A stretch of DNA of 64,000 bases, from the NCBI GenBank assembly GCA_965277615.1, contig CBDIDG010000006.1, positions 1,578,332 to 1,642,331 on the forward strand. The letters run 5' to 3'. Both the position numbers and the translations under genes were made by a program. Positions within the stretch are counted from its first letter, which is position 1. The number at the start of each line of letters is the position of its first letter. The notes under the pieces were generated by a model, which saw only the letters and a list, made by a program, of their open reading frames with translations, was not told the DNA's origin and searched no databases. Source of the DNA: Streptosporangiaceae bacterium (GTDB lineage Bacteria > Actinomycetota > Actinomycetes > Streptosporangiales > Streptosporangiaceae). Shown here piece after piece: positions 40,431 to 50,060 of the stretch.

Positions 40431-40650
40431 TCACAGTTTGTAAGCGATCTTGTGAATGCAGGCGAGCGTCTCGGTGGCTTGCTTCAGGTCCTCGTTGCTC
40501 GCGTGGACATAGGTTTTCATGGTGAACGCGGCGTCGTAGTGCCCCCCGCCCACTTGCTGACGATGGAGATCGGCACTCCGGCCTTCTCCATCAGGGACAG
40601 GGTGGTGTGCCGCGAGTCGTGCAGCCTGATCTTGCGGAGACCTTCCTTAG
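40431..40650 (-). pseudogene. tyrosine integrase C-terminal remnant (frameshifted)
   Basis: My translation: KEGLRKIRLHDSRHTTLSLMEKAGVPISIVSKWAG, then a G6 run shifts the frame. In the corrected frame it continues HYDAAFTMKTYVHASNEDL...KL*. Confidence 0.75.
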
Positions 40651-40653
40651 CAT

Positions 40654-40950
40654 CTACGGGTCCGAAAACAGTGCTCGACCGGTCGTCTCGGTGTATTGGC
40701 CGTTCAGCAGACGGCCAGCGTCCGCCTTCAGGTATTGAATGAGCGCTGGACGCGCGTGGCCCCCGCCGAACCGGTCGTCAAGTCGCCTGAAAATCTCGAC
40801 CGTGGCGCGGAACCGTTCGACGTCGGCCAAGCCGATGCGGACCGACTGCGACGCCTCGCGGCCGGAAACGGCTCCCGAATCGACCAGCCAGCGGAGCGGC
40901 GCATCATCCCAGACTCGCGGGTCAGCCGGCCCCCAGGACGTGGCCGGACC
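40654..40950 (-). pseudogene. fragment of an XRE/TPR-type actinobacterial regulator
   Basis: RIGLADVERFRATVEIFRRLDDRFGGGHARPALIQYLKADAGRLLNGQYTETTGRALFS resembles the central part of Streptomyces-type XRE regulators. It has no HTH and no C-terminus. Confidence 0.45.
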
Positions 40951-41014
40951 GCTCAGATCGGCTTGCACAACTTGCCCTGGCCTGTGCGGGCGCGGCTTCC
41001 GGGGCCGCGCTCCC

Positions 41015-41683
41015 CTACTGGCTCTCGGGCGTGATGAATCCCGACTCGTAGGCCTGGACGACCGCTTGCACGCGGTCGCGGAGGTTGAGCTTGGCCAGGA
41101 TATGACCGACGTGGATTTTGACCGTGCTCTCGGATAGGTGCAGCCCCGAGGCGATCTCGCGGTTGGACTGGCCCCGGGCCAGCAGCAGGAACACCTCGCG
41201 TTCCCGTTCGGTGAGGACATCGAGCAGGCTGTCACGCCGGGTCGCGCGCTCGGGGTCGGGCAGCAGCGGGACGAACCGGTCGATCAGCCGCCGGGTCGTG
41301 CTGGGCGCCAGGACCGCCTCGCCGCCGGCAACGGTTCGAATGGCCGCGAGCAGATCGGCGGGCGGTGCGTCCTTCAGCAGGAAGCCGCTGGCGCCGGCGC
41401 GCAGGCCAGCGTAGACGTACTGGTCCAGGTCGTAGGTGGTGAGGATCACCACCTTCGACTGTCCCCCGGCGGCGGCGATGGCCGCGGTGGCCTTGATGCC
41501 GTCGACGCCGGGCATGCGAACGTCCATGAGCACCACATCCGGCTGCAGGGCGGCCGACATGCTGATGCCCGCGGCGCCGTCGGCGGCCTCGCCGACCACG
41601 GTCATGTCGGTTTCGGCTTCGAGTATCATCCGGAAGCCCATCCGCAGCAGTGACTGGTCATCGACGAGCAGGACCCGGATCAC
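41015..41683 (-). CDS. NarL/LuxR-family response regulator
   Basis: MIRVLLVDDQ...DVVLMDVRMPGVDG, with C-terminal LTEREREVFLLLARGQSNREIASGLHLSESTVKIHV. Confidence 0.9.
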   Translation of the reverse strand: MIRVLLVDDQSLLRMGFRMILEAETDMTVVGEAADGAAGISMSAALQPDVVLMDVRMPGVDGIKATAAIAAAGGQSKVVILTTYDLDQYVYAGLRAGASGFLLKDAPPADLLAAIRTVAGGEAVLAPSTTRRLIDRFVPLLPDPERATRRDSLLDVLTEREREVFLLLARGQSNREIASGLHLSESTVKIHVGHILAKLNLRDRVQAVVQAYESGFITPESQ

Positions 41684-42897
41684 ACCGGTACCTCCTGGTC
41701 CAGCCGCAGCCGCAGCCGGGCCGACACCCGCCAGCCGGCCGCCGGCTGTGGCCCGGCCTCCACCTCGCCGCCGAAGGCCTGCACGCGCTGCCGCATTCCG
41801 GTCAGCCCGCGCCCCACGGTGTCCGGCTGGGCCGCGCGGGCGCCGGCTCCGTCGTCTTCGATGTCCACCCTCAGCTGGCCGGGCAGATACGCCAGGCTCA
41901 CGATCGCGCTGGCCCCGGTCCCGCCGTGCTTCAGAGTGTTGGTGAGCGCTTCCTGCACCAGCCGGTAGACGGCCAGCTGGGCGGCGGCGGAAAGCTGAAC
42001 GGGGGCACCGTGTATCTCGTAGCTGACGGGCAGGCCCGCCGCGCGTACGGTCGCGATCAGCGCGTCGAGCCCGTTGAGATCCGGCAGCGGCCGCCGGCCG
42101 CCGTCCGGCCCGGGCGGCCCGGGCGGCCCGGGCGGCCCGGCGGGTCCGCTGAGCAGCCGCCGGGTATCGGCCAAGGCCTGGCGCCCGGTGGCCGAAACCG
42201 CCCGCATCGCCTCGGCCGTCTGCGGGGACGAACCGGCCGAGGCGGCCGCCGCGCCCTCACTCAGAGCGATCATGACGGCAAGGTGATGGGCGACGATGTC
42301 GTGCATCTCGCGGCTGATGCGGGCCCGTTCGGCAGCGGACGCCAGCTCCAGCTGCTGATCTCGCTCCCGTTCCAGCCGTTCGGCTCGATCGTGCAGCTCC
42401 TTCAGATAGGCGCGGCGGGTCGCGGTGTAGAGGCCGAGCCCCAGCGCGGCGGCCACCATGCCCGAGCCGAGGATCGCAGCGTGCCACCACTTGAAGGTGG
42501 CCACGCTGATGCTCGCGGCGACGACCCCGCACTCGAGCAGCCCGGCCGCCACCAGGGCACGGCGCCGGGGCGCCTGCGCCGCGATCGTGTACAGGGCGAC
42601 CACCAGGGCGAAGCTGACGACCAGGTTGACATCCCACAGCCCCGCGGCGGCCGAGACGGCGAAGAGCCAGCCGAAAACCGTGACCGGCCAGACCCGGCGC
42701 ACGACGAGCGGCACGGTCAGCGCCACCTGCACGACCACGGCCAGCGCCGACGGCCCGGCATGCAGCTGGGCGTGGTACGGCAGCGAGACCGCCGCGACGA
42801 GCACGGCCACCAGCACGTCGAACGTCCACCAGCGCACCGAGCGCGCTGGTGGACGCCCTACGGGCCCGAAGAGCCCGGACAGCGGGAACGAGGTCAC
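41680..42897 (-). CDS. sensor histidine kinase (DesK/NarX HisKA_3 type)
   Basis: RARISREMHDIVAHHLAVM, N-terminal TM segments, HATPase LTGMRQRVQAFGG. Contains GPAGPPGPPGPPGPDGG. Confidence 0.85.
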   Translation of the reverse strand: MTSFPLSGLFGPVGRPPARSVRWWTFDVLVAVLVAAVSLPYHAQLHAGPSALAVVVQVALTVPLVVRRVWPVTVFGWLFAVSAAAGLWDVNLVVSFALVVALYTIAAQAPRRRALVAAGLLECGVVAASISVATFKWWHAAILGSGMVAAALGLGLYTATRRAYLKELHDRAERLERERDQQLELASAAERARISREMHDIVAHHLAVMIALSEGAAAASAGSSPQTAEAMRAVSATGRQALADTRRLLSGPAGPPGPPGPPGPDGGRRPLPDLNGLDALIATVRAAGLPVSYEIHGAPVQLSAAAQLAVYRLVQEALTNTLKHGGTGASAIVSLAYLPGQLRVDIEDDGAGARAAQPDTVGRGLTGMRQRVQAFGGEVEAGPQPAAGWRVSARLRLRLDQEVPV

Positions 42898-42918
42898 TAA
42901 GCCGATTGTCCTCCCTGA

Positions 42919-43758
42919 TCAGGCGTCGGCGCGGCGCAGCCGCCACGCGGCGAGACCGATCATCACGACCGCATAGGCGCACAGGACGCCGAAACCGCTC
43001 CATGGCGCCAGTGGATGAACCAGGCCCCGCCCTCCCCCGAACAGCACTTCCCCGGCGTTGGAGGGCAGGTACTGCGCGAAGTGCGACGACCACGAGGACG
43101 GCAGCAGGTCGGTGAGCGGCGGGATCACGAAGAACACGGCGACGAACGTGGAGATCCCGGCGGCGGTGTTACGGAGCACCCCGCCGAGCGCCATCCCGAT
43201 CATGCCCGCGACCGTCGCGTACAGGGCCGCGCCGATGACCGAACGGAGGGCACCGGGAGCGCTGATCGCGACGTTCAGGTGGTGGCTGCTCAGCAGGGCC
43301 TGCCCGAGGAAGAACGACACGAAGCTGGTGACCAGCGTCAGCGAGAACACCACCCCGGCGAAGACCCCCAGCTTCGCCCACAGCACCGGGAGCCGCCGCG
43401 GCACCACGGTCAGTGACGAGCGGATCATCCCCGTGCTGTACTCGCCGCTGATCAGCAGCACCCCCAGCACGCCGATCGCCAGCTGAGCGAACATCATGCC
43501 GTCGAGGCTGGTGGAGATCGGGCTGAAGCTCGCCCGGTCCGCCGGACCGAACGTGTGATACTGGCTGGCGCTCACCGCCGAGAAGAGCGCGCCGATGCCG
43601 ATCGACAGCACCACCGCCGTCAGCAGCGTCCATACCGTCGAGCGCAGCGACCGGAACTTGGTCCATTCCGACCGCAGGACCCGCGGCTGGGTAACCCGCA
43701 GCCCGTGCTGGCGCGCCGCCGGGGTGGCCGTGGCCGTGGATGTCATGGTCGTGGTCAT
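42919..43758 (-). CDS. ABC-2 family transporter permease
   Basis: 6 TM-like segments. 4-nt overlap with the ATPase gene. Confidence 0.75.
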   Translation of the reverse strand: MTTTMTSTATATPAARQHGLRVTQPRVLRSEWTKFRSLRSTVWTLLTAVVLSIGIGALFSAVSASQYHTFGPADRASFSPISTSLDGMMFAQLAIGVLGVLLISGEYSTGMIRSSLTVVPRRLPVLWAKLGVFAGVVFSLTLVTSFVSFFLGQALLSSHHLNVAISAPGALRSVIGAALYATVAGMIGMALGGVLRNTAAGISTFVAVFFVIPPLTDLLPSSWSSHFAQYLPSNAGEVLFGGGRGLVHPLAPWSGFGVLCAYAVVMIGLAAWRLRRADA

Positions 43759-44687
43759 GCCGCCACCTCCACCGGGGCGCTCGGGCCGGCGGAGCGGTAC
43801 TCCACGGAATCCTGGGTGAGCTCCATGAACGCCTGCTCCAGCGAAGCCTGCTGGCTGGCCAGCTCATAGACCGGCAGGTGTGCCTGCCAGGCCACGGTGC
43901 CGATCTGCTCGGCGTTCAGGCCCTGAACGTGCAGGACGTCGGCCTGGTCGCTGGTGATGGTGACGTCCGGCCCCAGCAGCAGGTCACGGAGCCGGGTGGC
44001 CTCGGGCGTGCGGACGGTGACCGAATGACCGGACGCGCGGGTCACGAACTCCTCAACGGAGGTATCGGCGATCAGCCGGCCCCGCCCCACGACGATCAGC
44101 CGGGTCGCGGTCTGCGCCATCTCACTCATCAGGTGCGAGGACACGAAGACGGTGCGCCCGTCGGCGGCCAGCCCCTTCAGCAGGTTCCGGATCCACAGCA
44201 CGCCCTCCGGATCCAGGCCGTTCACCGGCTCGTCCAGCACCACCACGCTCGGATCGCCCAGCAGGGCCGAGGCGACGCCCAGGCGCTGGCCCATGCCGAG
44301 GGAGAATCCGCCGACCCGCTTCCCGGCGACCTCGCGCAGCCCGACCATGTCGATGACCTCATCCACCCGCCGCCGGCTGATCCCGTTGGTCTGGGCCAGC
44401 GCGAGCAGGTGGTTCCGGGCCGACCGGCCGGTGTGCATGGCCTTCGCCTCCAGCAGCAGACCCAGTTCCGCCATCGGCGCGCCGGCCGACCGGTAGTCGC
44501 TCCCGTTGACCCGGACGCTGCCGTGCGTCGGCTCGTCCAGGCCCGCGATCAAGCGCATCGTCGTTGACTTGCCCGCCCCGTTCGGGCCGAGGAATCCGGT
44601 CACCACCCCTGGCTGCACGACAAAGTCGAGGCCGTCGACCGCGAGCTTGTCCCCGTACCGCTTGCTGAGGTTGTTCACCTCGATCAT
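43755..44687 (-). CDS. ABC transporter ATP-binding protein
   Basis: GPNGAGKSTT, FSLGMGQRL, VVVLDEPVNGLD. GAAGGAG lies 5 nt upstream of the ATG at 44687. Confidence 0.9.
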   Translation of the reverse strand: MIEVNNLSKRYGDKLAVDGLDFVVQPGVVTGFLGPNGAGKSTTMRLIAGLDEPTHGSVRVNGSDYRSAGAPMAELGLLLEAKAMHTGRSARNHLLALAQTNGISRRRVDEVIDMVGLREVAGKRVGGFSLGMGQRLGVASALLGDPSVVVLDEPVNGLDPEGVLWIRNLLKGLAADGRTVFVSSHLMSEMAQTATRLIVVGRGRLIADTSVEEFVTRASGHSVTVRTPEATRLRDLLLGPDVTITSDQADVLHVQGLNAEQIGTVAWQAHLPVYELASQQASLEQAFMELTQDSVEYRSAGPSAPVEVAA

Positions 44688-45004
44688 CTGTGCTCCTTCA
44701 CCCGTCACAACGCCTCATTGGGCCGGCCCTGACCGAGATCACGATCGGCCCGGCTCTGACCCTGCTCACGCTAGGGCGGCCACCCGTGCCACCGCGTCGG
44801 CCCGGCAGATACAAAATCGGCCGCCGGGTACTACCTGAGGCCTAGGTCAGCGGCTGTCCGTGCGCCAGCGGTTGTAGGCGGCGCGGCCGACCCGCGGAGG
44901 GGCGCAGGCGGCGCGGCGAGCGCGGAGCCTGTCGACACCCGGCTTCCCTCATTTACGGTGGGAGCAGGGTTAAGCCTGGTTGACCACTACCTGGCGAGGC
45001 AGCA

Positions 45005-45451
45005 ATGGACTCAGAAGACGCCTTCCGCCGTTTCGGGCACGACATTGAAAGCGACCCAATTGGGGTGCTGCTGGCCAAGTGACGGCGCGACGCTTTCATC
45101 GAGAAGCTTAAGCGGCTACCCGATGTCGTTGAGGTCATCCCGTCCGGCAGCCTCGCTCGCGGGACCCAGATTGGGCCTGTTCACGACGTTGACCTGATAG
45201 TGGTGTTCGATAGGTCCGCCCACCCGGGTTACGGCAGCGGAACCGAATCCGCCCGCGCGGCGATGATGCATCTGGAAGAAGAAATTCGGCAGCAGATGCA
45301 CCCACTGCTAGGCACCGACGCGGCTTTGCCGAATGAGACCGAGATCTGCAATCACGTGGTGAAGTGCCCGGGCGTCTCGATGGGGCCCTTCGAGGGCTTC
45401 GTCCCGTCGGCGCCGCCCGTGGACGTGATGCCGGCCGTCCGGCACAACTGA
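45005..45451 (+). pseudogene. SMODS/CD-NTase-like nucleotidyltransferase, in-frame TGA and C-terminally truncated
   Basis: My translation: MDSEDAFRRFGHDIESDPIGVLLAK*RRDAFIEKLKRLPDVVEVIPSGSLARGTQIGPVHDVDLIVVF...VDVMPAVRHN*. It has GSxxRGT..DxD and a third Asp. The stop is at 45080..45082. Confidence 0.6.
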
Positions 45452-45966
45452 TGAAACTGGGCGTGAGGTCGATCAGTTTGCGCTGACACGCAGAGCGCTG
45501 TCCACATTGGCTCCCCCTCAAGTGCAGACCTCTCAGGGACCTCGGCTAGAAGGTGAGTCATGTGGTTTGCTTGCAATCCAACACGATGGGCCAACCGTTC
45601 GTAATCGATCAGCCCATGCGCCACGGCGACGCCATAGAGGATGTCTTCCATCCGGTTGGTCCTATCAAGGTGAAGGTCTCGCGCATGAGGAAGGCGTTAC
45701 CGTCGCGAGCAGGCCGAAGCGGGCAACCGAAGGACACCGCCGGTACCGAGTGACTAAGCGAGTGACGACCGGCCCGCACGGCGGCGGACTCCCCCGTACG
45801 TCCCTAGACATCGAGTGCAGCCCGTCGCCAGATTTTCGCACTTAGTATCACAGCCGTCTCACAGACTGAAAAGACGGCACCGGACTTGGGCGTCGTCACT
45901 GGACGCCCGCTGGACTCTGACTTGCGGAAACAGACCCGGTTGCACTGGCCGGACGCCTTGTCCGCG

Positions 45967-46024
45967 ACTGGGGGTCAAGGGGTCGCGGGTTCAAATCCCG
46001 CCGTCCCGACTTAGTTTTCGCAGC
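45967..46024. repeat. att copy 2 (tRNA-Pro 3' segment)
   Basis: gactgggggtcaaggggtcgcgggttcaaatcccgccgtcccgacttagttttcgcag. Confidence 0.85.
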
Positions 46025-46043
46025 TAGTCGGCTTGATCATCTG

Positions 46044-46775
46044 TTAGACCACTCGGAGCTGGGGACCATCTGGGGACCGGCGCACCGAGATATGGGCGCT
46101 CAGGGCGTCCCCGGCATCAGTGATCGACTGGTCATCCGGGTGCAGGTAGCGCTGCGTCGTGGACAGTGACCCGTGCCCGGCGATCTTCCGCAGCACGTGG
46201 ACCTGGACGCCCGCATCAGCCAGCCAGGTCAGTCCGGTGTGCCGCAGATCGTGACGGCGAAGGTGCTCGTACCCGAGGCGGGTCACCACCTCGTCCCAGT
46301 GGGTGGCATCACGCAAGACCGCCGTGGAGATCCGGCCGCCACGCGGACCGGTGAACAACCGGCCGTCCGGTTCGTGCACCACGTCCAGGCGGGAGGCAAC
46401 TAGCTCGCGGGCCTCTTCGATGATCGGCACCTTTCGGGCTCGCTTGCCCTTGGTGGCCTTGTCGATCAGTCCGCCGGGGCCGGGTGTGGTCTGCCGCCGG
46501 ACGGTCCAGATCCACCGGTCACGGTCAATGTCGGCCTTACGGACGCCGGACACCTCACCGATGCGCGCCGCCGTGCAGGCCGCGAAGGTGACCACCTCAC
46601 CCCAGCCCGCATAGTGGTCAGCCGACCGGTCGACCAGCGCGGCGGCCAGCCGCATCAAGGCGGCGCCGTCATGCGGCGCCGCAGGCCCTGGCGTCGCGCC
46701 GGGCTTGGCCTTGGCGGCCCGCCCGGCGCACGCCGGGCCACACCCCGGGGCGCTGCGACGATCAGTCACGCTCAC
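46044..46775 (-). CDS. tyrosine recombinase, catalytic domain only (5'-truncated)
   Basis: ARIGEVSGVRKADID...LRRHDLRHTGLTWLADAGVQVHVLRKIAGHGSLSTTQRYLH. Only ~115 bp lie upstream before the divergent GNAT gene, so the N-terminal core-binding domain is absent. Confidence 0.75.
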   Translation of the reverse strand: MSVTDRRSAPGCGPACAGRAAKAKPGATPGPAAPHDGAALMRLAAALVDRSADHYAGWGEVVTFAACTAARIGEVSGVRKADIDRDRWIWTVRRQTTPGPGGLIDKATKGKRARKVPIIEEARELVASRLDVVHEPDGRLFTGPRGGRISTAVLRDATHWDEVVTRLGYEHLRRHDLRHTGLTWLADAGVQVHVLRKIAGHGSLSTTQRYLHPDDQSITDAGDALSAHISVRRSPDGPQLRVV

Positions 46776-46889
46776 AGCTCATGACGCTGGTTCGGACTCA
46801 TCGCGCCTAGTACCGCATCAGGCAACGTTTGCACCGGGGCAAATGTGGTACGGGGGTGCAGTCACTCGCCGCCCCTGCCGAGGAGTTTC

Positions 46890-47387
46890 ATGCCCGATGT
46901 ATCTGTGCGCAAAGCCGTCGCTGCCGACCGCCCCGTACTGGAACGTCTATGGCTGATGTTCTGGCACGACATGTCCGAGTTCAGGGACCAGCTCCCCGAT
47001 CCGGACGGCACGTTCCACAGCGAACGGCTCAAGGCAGCAATTGAGGACACCCACTGGACGCCATACCTGCTGGCATACGGTGAGCGCCCCGTCGGCCTTG
47101 CCCTCGTACACGAGCTGGACAGTCAGAAGCGCATCCTGAACAGCTTCTTCGTGGTGCGCGGGGCACGCCGGGCCGGGATCGGGCTGCGTGCCGTCCAAGA
47201 CGTGGTCACCAGGTACCCGGGCCACTGGGAGACCGCCTTTCAGGAAGAAAACGCGGCCGCAGTCCGCTTCTGGCACCACGTCGCCACCGAGATTGCCGGT
47301 GACGCCTGGACTAAGGACCGAAGGCCTGTACCTGAGCAGCCCAATCTTCTGCCTGATACCTGGATCTCGTTCGACGTGCCCGCATAG
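46890..47387 (+). CDS. GNAT-family N-acetyltransferase
   Basis: FFVVRGARRAGIGLRAVQDVV (Q/RxxGxG/A acetyl-CoA motif). ATG at 46890. Confidence 0.75.
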   Translation: MPDVSVRKAVAADRPVLERLWLMFWHDMSEFRDQLPDPDGTFHSERLKAAIEDTHWTPYLLAYGERPVGLALVHELDSQKRILNSFFVVRGARRAGIGLRAVQDVVTRYPGHWETAFQEENAAAVRFWHHVATEIAGDAWTKDRRPVPEQPNLLPDTWISFDVPA

Positions 47388-47560
47388 GCGGGCGGCTGCT
47401 CATATAGGTCAGAAACCAGGATCTGGTCCCAGCCGGGCAAACGTTGGATGCTACGGCACTAGTGATGACGGACGAATAGCTCGACCAGTCGGAACGCGGC
47501 GTCCGTTAGGGCGCTTCCGGCCCCGATTCGGCTCATCAGCCTTTTCCCATGACTGGCCAG

Positions 47561-49235
47561 CATCCCTAGCCTCGATCTTTCGCGCCGCTGATGTGCTGGC
47601 CTGAGGTGTCGGCTGGTGGGTGATTTTCAGGCTGGGTCGTGCCTGGCTGCCCGGTTGTCGCGCCGGGTAGGCGGGGTTCCACGGCCCCTGGTGTTTTCCT
47701 TCTTTGCCGTAGTGGCTGTTCCGGCTGTTCAGCCGGAGGGGAGGGCCTGCAGGCGGGTGACGGCGGCGGTGATGTCCGCAGCCCAGGCCCATCGTTCGGC
47801 GAGGCGGAGCCGCAGGCGGCGGCCTCCGCGCACGAGCCGGCCAGCGGCGGAGAACAGGCGCAGGCGGAGCCGTTTGGGTTCCCAGCGGCGGGCGGTCCCG
47901 GTGAGGGCGAGCAGCTGCGTCCAGGCCAGCAGGTCGCAGGCCAGGGCGACGATCTCGCACCAGACCTGGTTCTGCGCGAAGCCCTTGAGCGGGAGGTTCC
48001 GCAGCCCGGTGTCCTTCGCGCAGCGGATCCGGTCCTCGCACCGTGCCCGCCGCCGGTGGCGGAGTTCCAGGTCAGCGAGCTGGCCTTTGCGTGCATCGGT
48101 GGCGAAGGCGGTGAACCGGTGCCCGTCGATATCGGTGAAGCGCAGCTGCGCACCGGGGTGCGGGCGCTCTTTGCGGACGATGACCCGCATCCCGGCGGGC
48201 CAGCCGGACAGGTCCAGCAGCCCGGTGATGTCGGCGATCCAGGCGCCGTCGCGGATCTGCCCGTCACCGTCGTAAGCCGGCGTCCACGCGGACGCGGGCA
48301 TTTTCAGGATCGCGGCCTGCATGTCCTCGGTGATCGTCATGCCGATGGAGTAGTGCAGCCGCCGCGACGGCGCGGTCAGCCAGGTCAGGAACTCGTGGGT
48401 GCCGCCGCCGGAGTCGGTGCGGACCAGGACCTTGCGCCGCTGGTGGCGGGGCAGTTGCGCCAGAGAGAGCCTGGCCGCCTCGATGTGGTCGGCGGCGGTG
48501 TTCGAGCCGGCGTTCCCGGCCCGCAGCGCGATGGCCAGCGGTTCCCCGTTCCCGCCGGCGCCGTGGTCGGCCCAGGCGGTCATCGGGTGGAACCCGAACG
48601 TCTTCTTCCAGGTCGCAGCCGCCTGCTCTTTCTCCGAGTGCGCGATCACGACGGTGGCGTCCAGATCTATCGTGACCAGGCCGTCCGCGCCGGGAGCGTT
48701 GTCCCCGGCCAGTGCCCAGGCCCGCTCCCGCGCGGCGGAACGGGCAGCGCGGATTGCCTTAAGCGACCGGGACAGGTCCCCGGCCAGCACGCTGACCAGC
48801 CGGGATACCACGGGGCCGGACGCGACCGGCCCGGCCAGTTCCGGCTGCTCCCGTAGCACCGCGATGTCGGCCAGGCAGTCCCCGCCGAGGGCGACGGCGG
48901 CGGCCAGGTCCGCGATGATCTTCCCGGGGTCGTGGACCGCCCGCGGTGCCCGCCACCGGGCCAGCCCGCCGGACAGGCCCCGGCTCAGGCCGGTGACCCG
49001 CATCGTTTCCCACAGCAGGACCGCCCCGGCCTGGGACACCAGGCCGGGGCCGTCAGCAGAGACGGTAACCCGGGCAGTGCGTGCGCTATTCTTCACCTGG
49101 AAAGTGCCTTTGACTCGGGACGGTCAGGACCTTAGACAAGCCCAATTGTCCCAGCTGAAGGCACTTTTTTCATACCTTTTTTCACATAAAGAACGGCAGG
49201 CCGATTAACCCCGGCGAAAGCCCGAGGCTAGGGTG
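47561..49235 (-). mobile_element. IS1380-family insertion sequence with 4-bp target duplication
   Basis: Terminal inverted repeats CATCCCTAGCCTCGATCTTTCGC (left) and CACCCTAGCCTCGGGCTTTCGC (right, complement). CCAG is present at 47557..47560 and 49236..49239. Confidence 0.8.
47729..49096 (-). CDS. IS1380-family transposase
   Basis: 455 aa. VSADGPGLVSQAGAVLLWETMRVTGL...GGDCLADIAVLREQPELAGPVASGPVVSRL is typical of the family, from memory. Confidence 0.8.
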   Translation of the reverse strand: MKNSARTARVTVSADGPGLVSQAGAVLLWETMRVTGLSRGLSGGLARWRAPRAVHDPGKIIADLAAAVALGGDCLADIAVLREQPELAGPVASGPVVSRLVSVLAGDLSRSLKAIRAARSAARERAWALAGDNAPGADGLVTIDLDATVVIAHSEKEQAAATWKKTFGFHPMTAWADHGAGGNGEPLAIALRAGNAGSNTAADHIEAARLSLAQLPRHQRRKVLVRTDSGGGTHEFLTWLTAPSRRLHYSIGMTITEDMQAAILKMPASAWTPAYDGDGQIRDGAWIADITGLLDLSGWPAGMRVIVRKERPHPGAQLRFTDIDGHRFTAFATDARKGQLADLELRHRRRARCEDRIRCAKDTGLRNLPLKGFAQNQVWCEIVALACDLLAWTQLLALTGTARRWEPKRLRLRLFSAAGRLVRGGRRLRLRLAERWAWAADITAAVTRLQALPSG

Positions 49236-49506
49236 CCAGCTCCCCCACGCATGGCCCTCTCAGGACAGGTCGGCAGGGAGATAGAAGCTCAGCGTTCCCC
49301 TTCATCCGTACAATCTCCGCGCTGTTCTGGCTGGCTGACTAGGGGCCTCACCCGGTCCGACATCGTATTCCGCCGTCCACTCCAGTCAAGCTGCGGCTGA
49401 ACGCATGATCCTTTGGCCTGCCCCCTCCACACGAGCACAACCCAGCTCGCGCGGAGCCTCTGGCACTCCAAATCATCAAGCAACCGCAACTTGACCTCCA
49501 CTCCCG

Positions 49507-49543
49507 GCTCCACAACCTCGGCACCTATCGGGTGAAGGCCCCA
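49507..49543. repeat. 37-bp exact repeat, copy A
   Basis: gctccacaacctcggcacctatcgggtgaaggcccca is identical at 57395..57431. The flanks are unrelated. Confidence 0.9.
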
Positions 49544-49725
49544 GGCCGTGACCCCCTCTGGCGGCCGAGGCGGAAGGAGCAGGCGGTGGCCCCTCTCATG
49601 GCAGACCAGCCCACAGGTGCAGTCGTGCCCGGCAGGCGATCCAGTGTCAAGGCCGGGTTGACACCAAACCGGCGGCCGCGGCCGGTCGAGAACGACGCGA
49701 GTACGCCCGGTTCGTCCAACGCGTT

Positions 49726-49923
49726 ATGCGCGCTTACGCGAGGCGAGTTGCGGGAGGCGATGTTGACGGCCTGGCCGACATGGCCGGGCTTGCCACCGAG
49801 CTGGACGAGGCCATCGCCCAGGCCGTGATCGGACTGCGCGAGACCGGGTACTCCTGGGCCGAGATCGCGGCCCGCCTCGGCGTCAGCCGTCAGGCAGCAC
49901 AACAGCGCTGGGGCCATCGCTAG
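49726..49923 (+). CDS. small HTH protein typical of actinobacterial mobile elements
   Basis: GYSWAEIAARLGVSRQAAQQRWG. The frame is open further upstream (RERREYARFVQRV) without a start codon, so it may be 5'-truncated. Confidence 0.55.
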   Translation: MRAYARRVAGGDVDGLADMAGLATELDEAIAQAVIGLRETGYSWAEIAARLGVSRQAAQQRWGHR

Positions 49924-50060
49924 CCGCCAGCTAGGAGCCCAGATCTGGGGACCATTTGGGGACCACACGCTACGCACACACCCGGACAAGCCCCACGTGG
50001 CCGAACTTGGCGTCGTATCCACACAAGCCGTCTGAGCTGCAAAGACGCCTACGCCAACGT

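Larger units (their letters stand above)
40355..45966. mobile_element. decayed integrative element 1 (tRNA-Pro island)
   Basis: Bounded by att copies 1 and 2. An integrase remnant abuts the tRNA. Cargo is a TCS + ABC-2 transporter, plus gene fragments. Confidence 0.6.
46025..50060. mobile_element. decayed integrative element 2
   Basis: Bounded by att copies 2 and 3. Contains a 5'-truncated integrase, GNAT, IS1380 and a small HTH gene. Confidence 0.6.

Noticed and set aside
42100-42135. Collagen-like GPPGPPGPPGP repeat (9-bp cccgggcgg units) in the histidine kinase
   Set aside because: It is a short low-complexity linker between the sensor TM region and the HisKA_3 domain. This is common in GC-rich genomes and has no independent significance that I can support.
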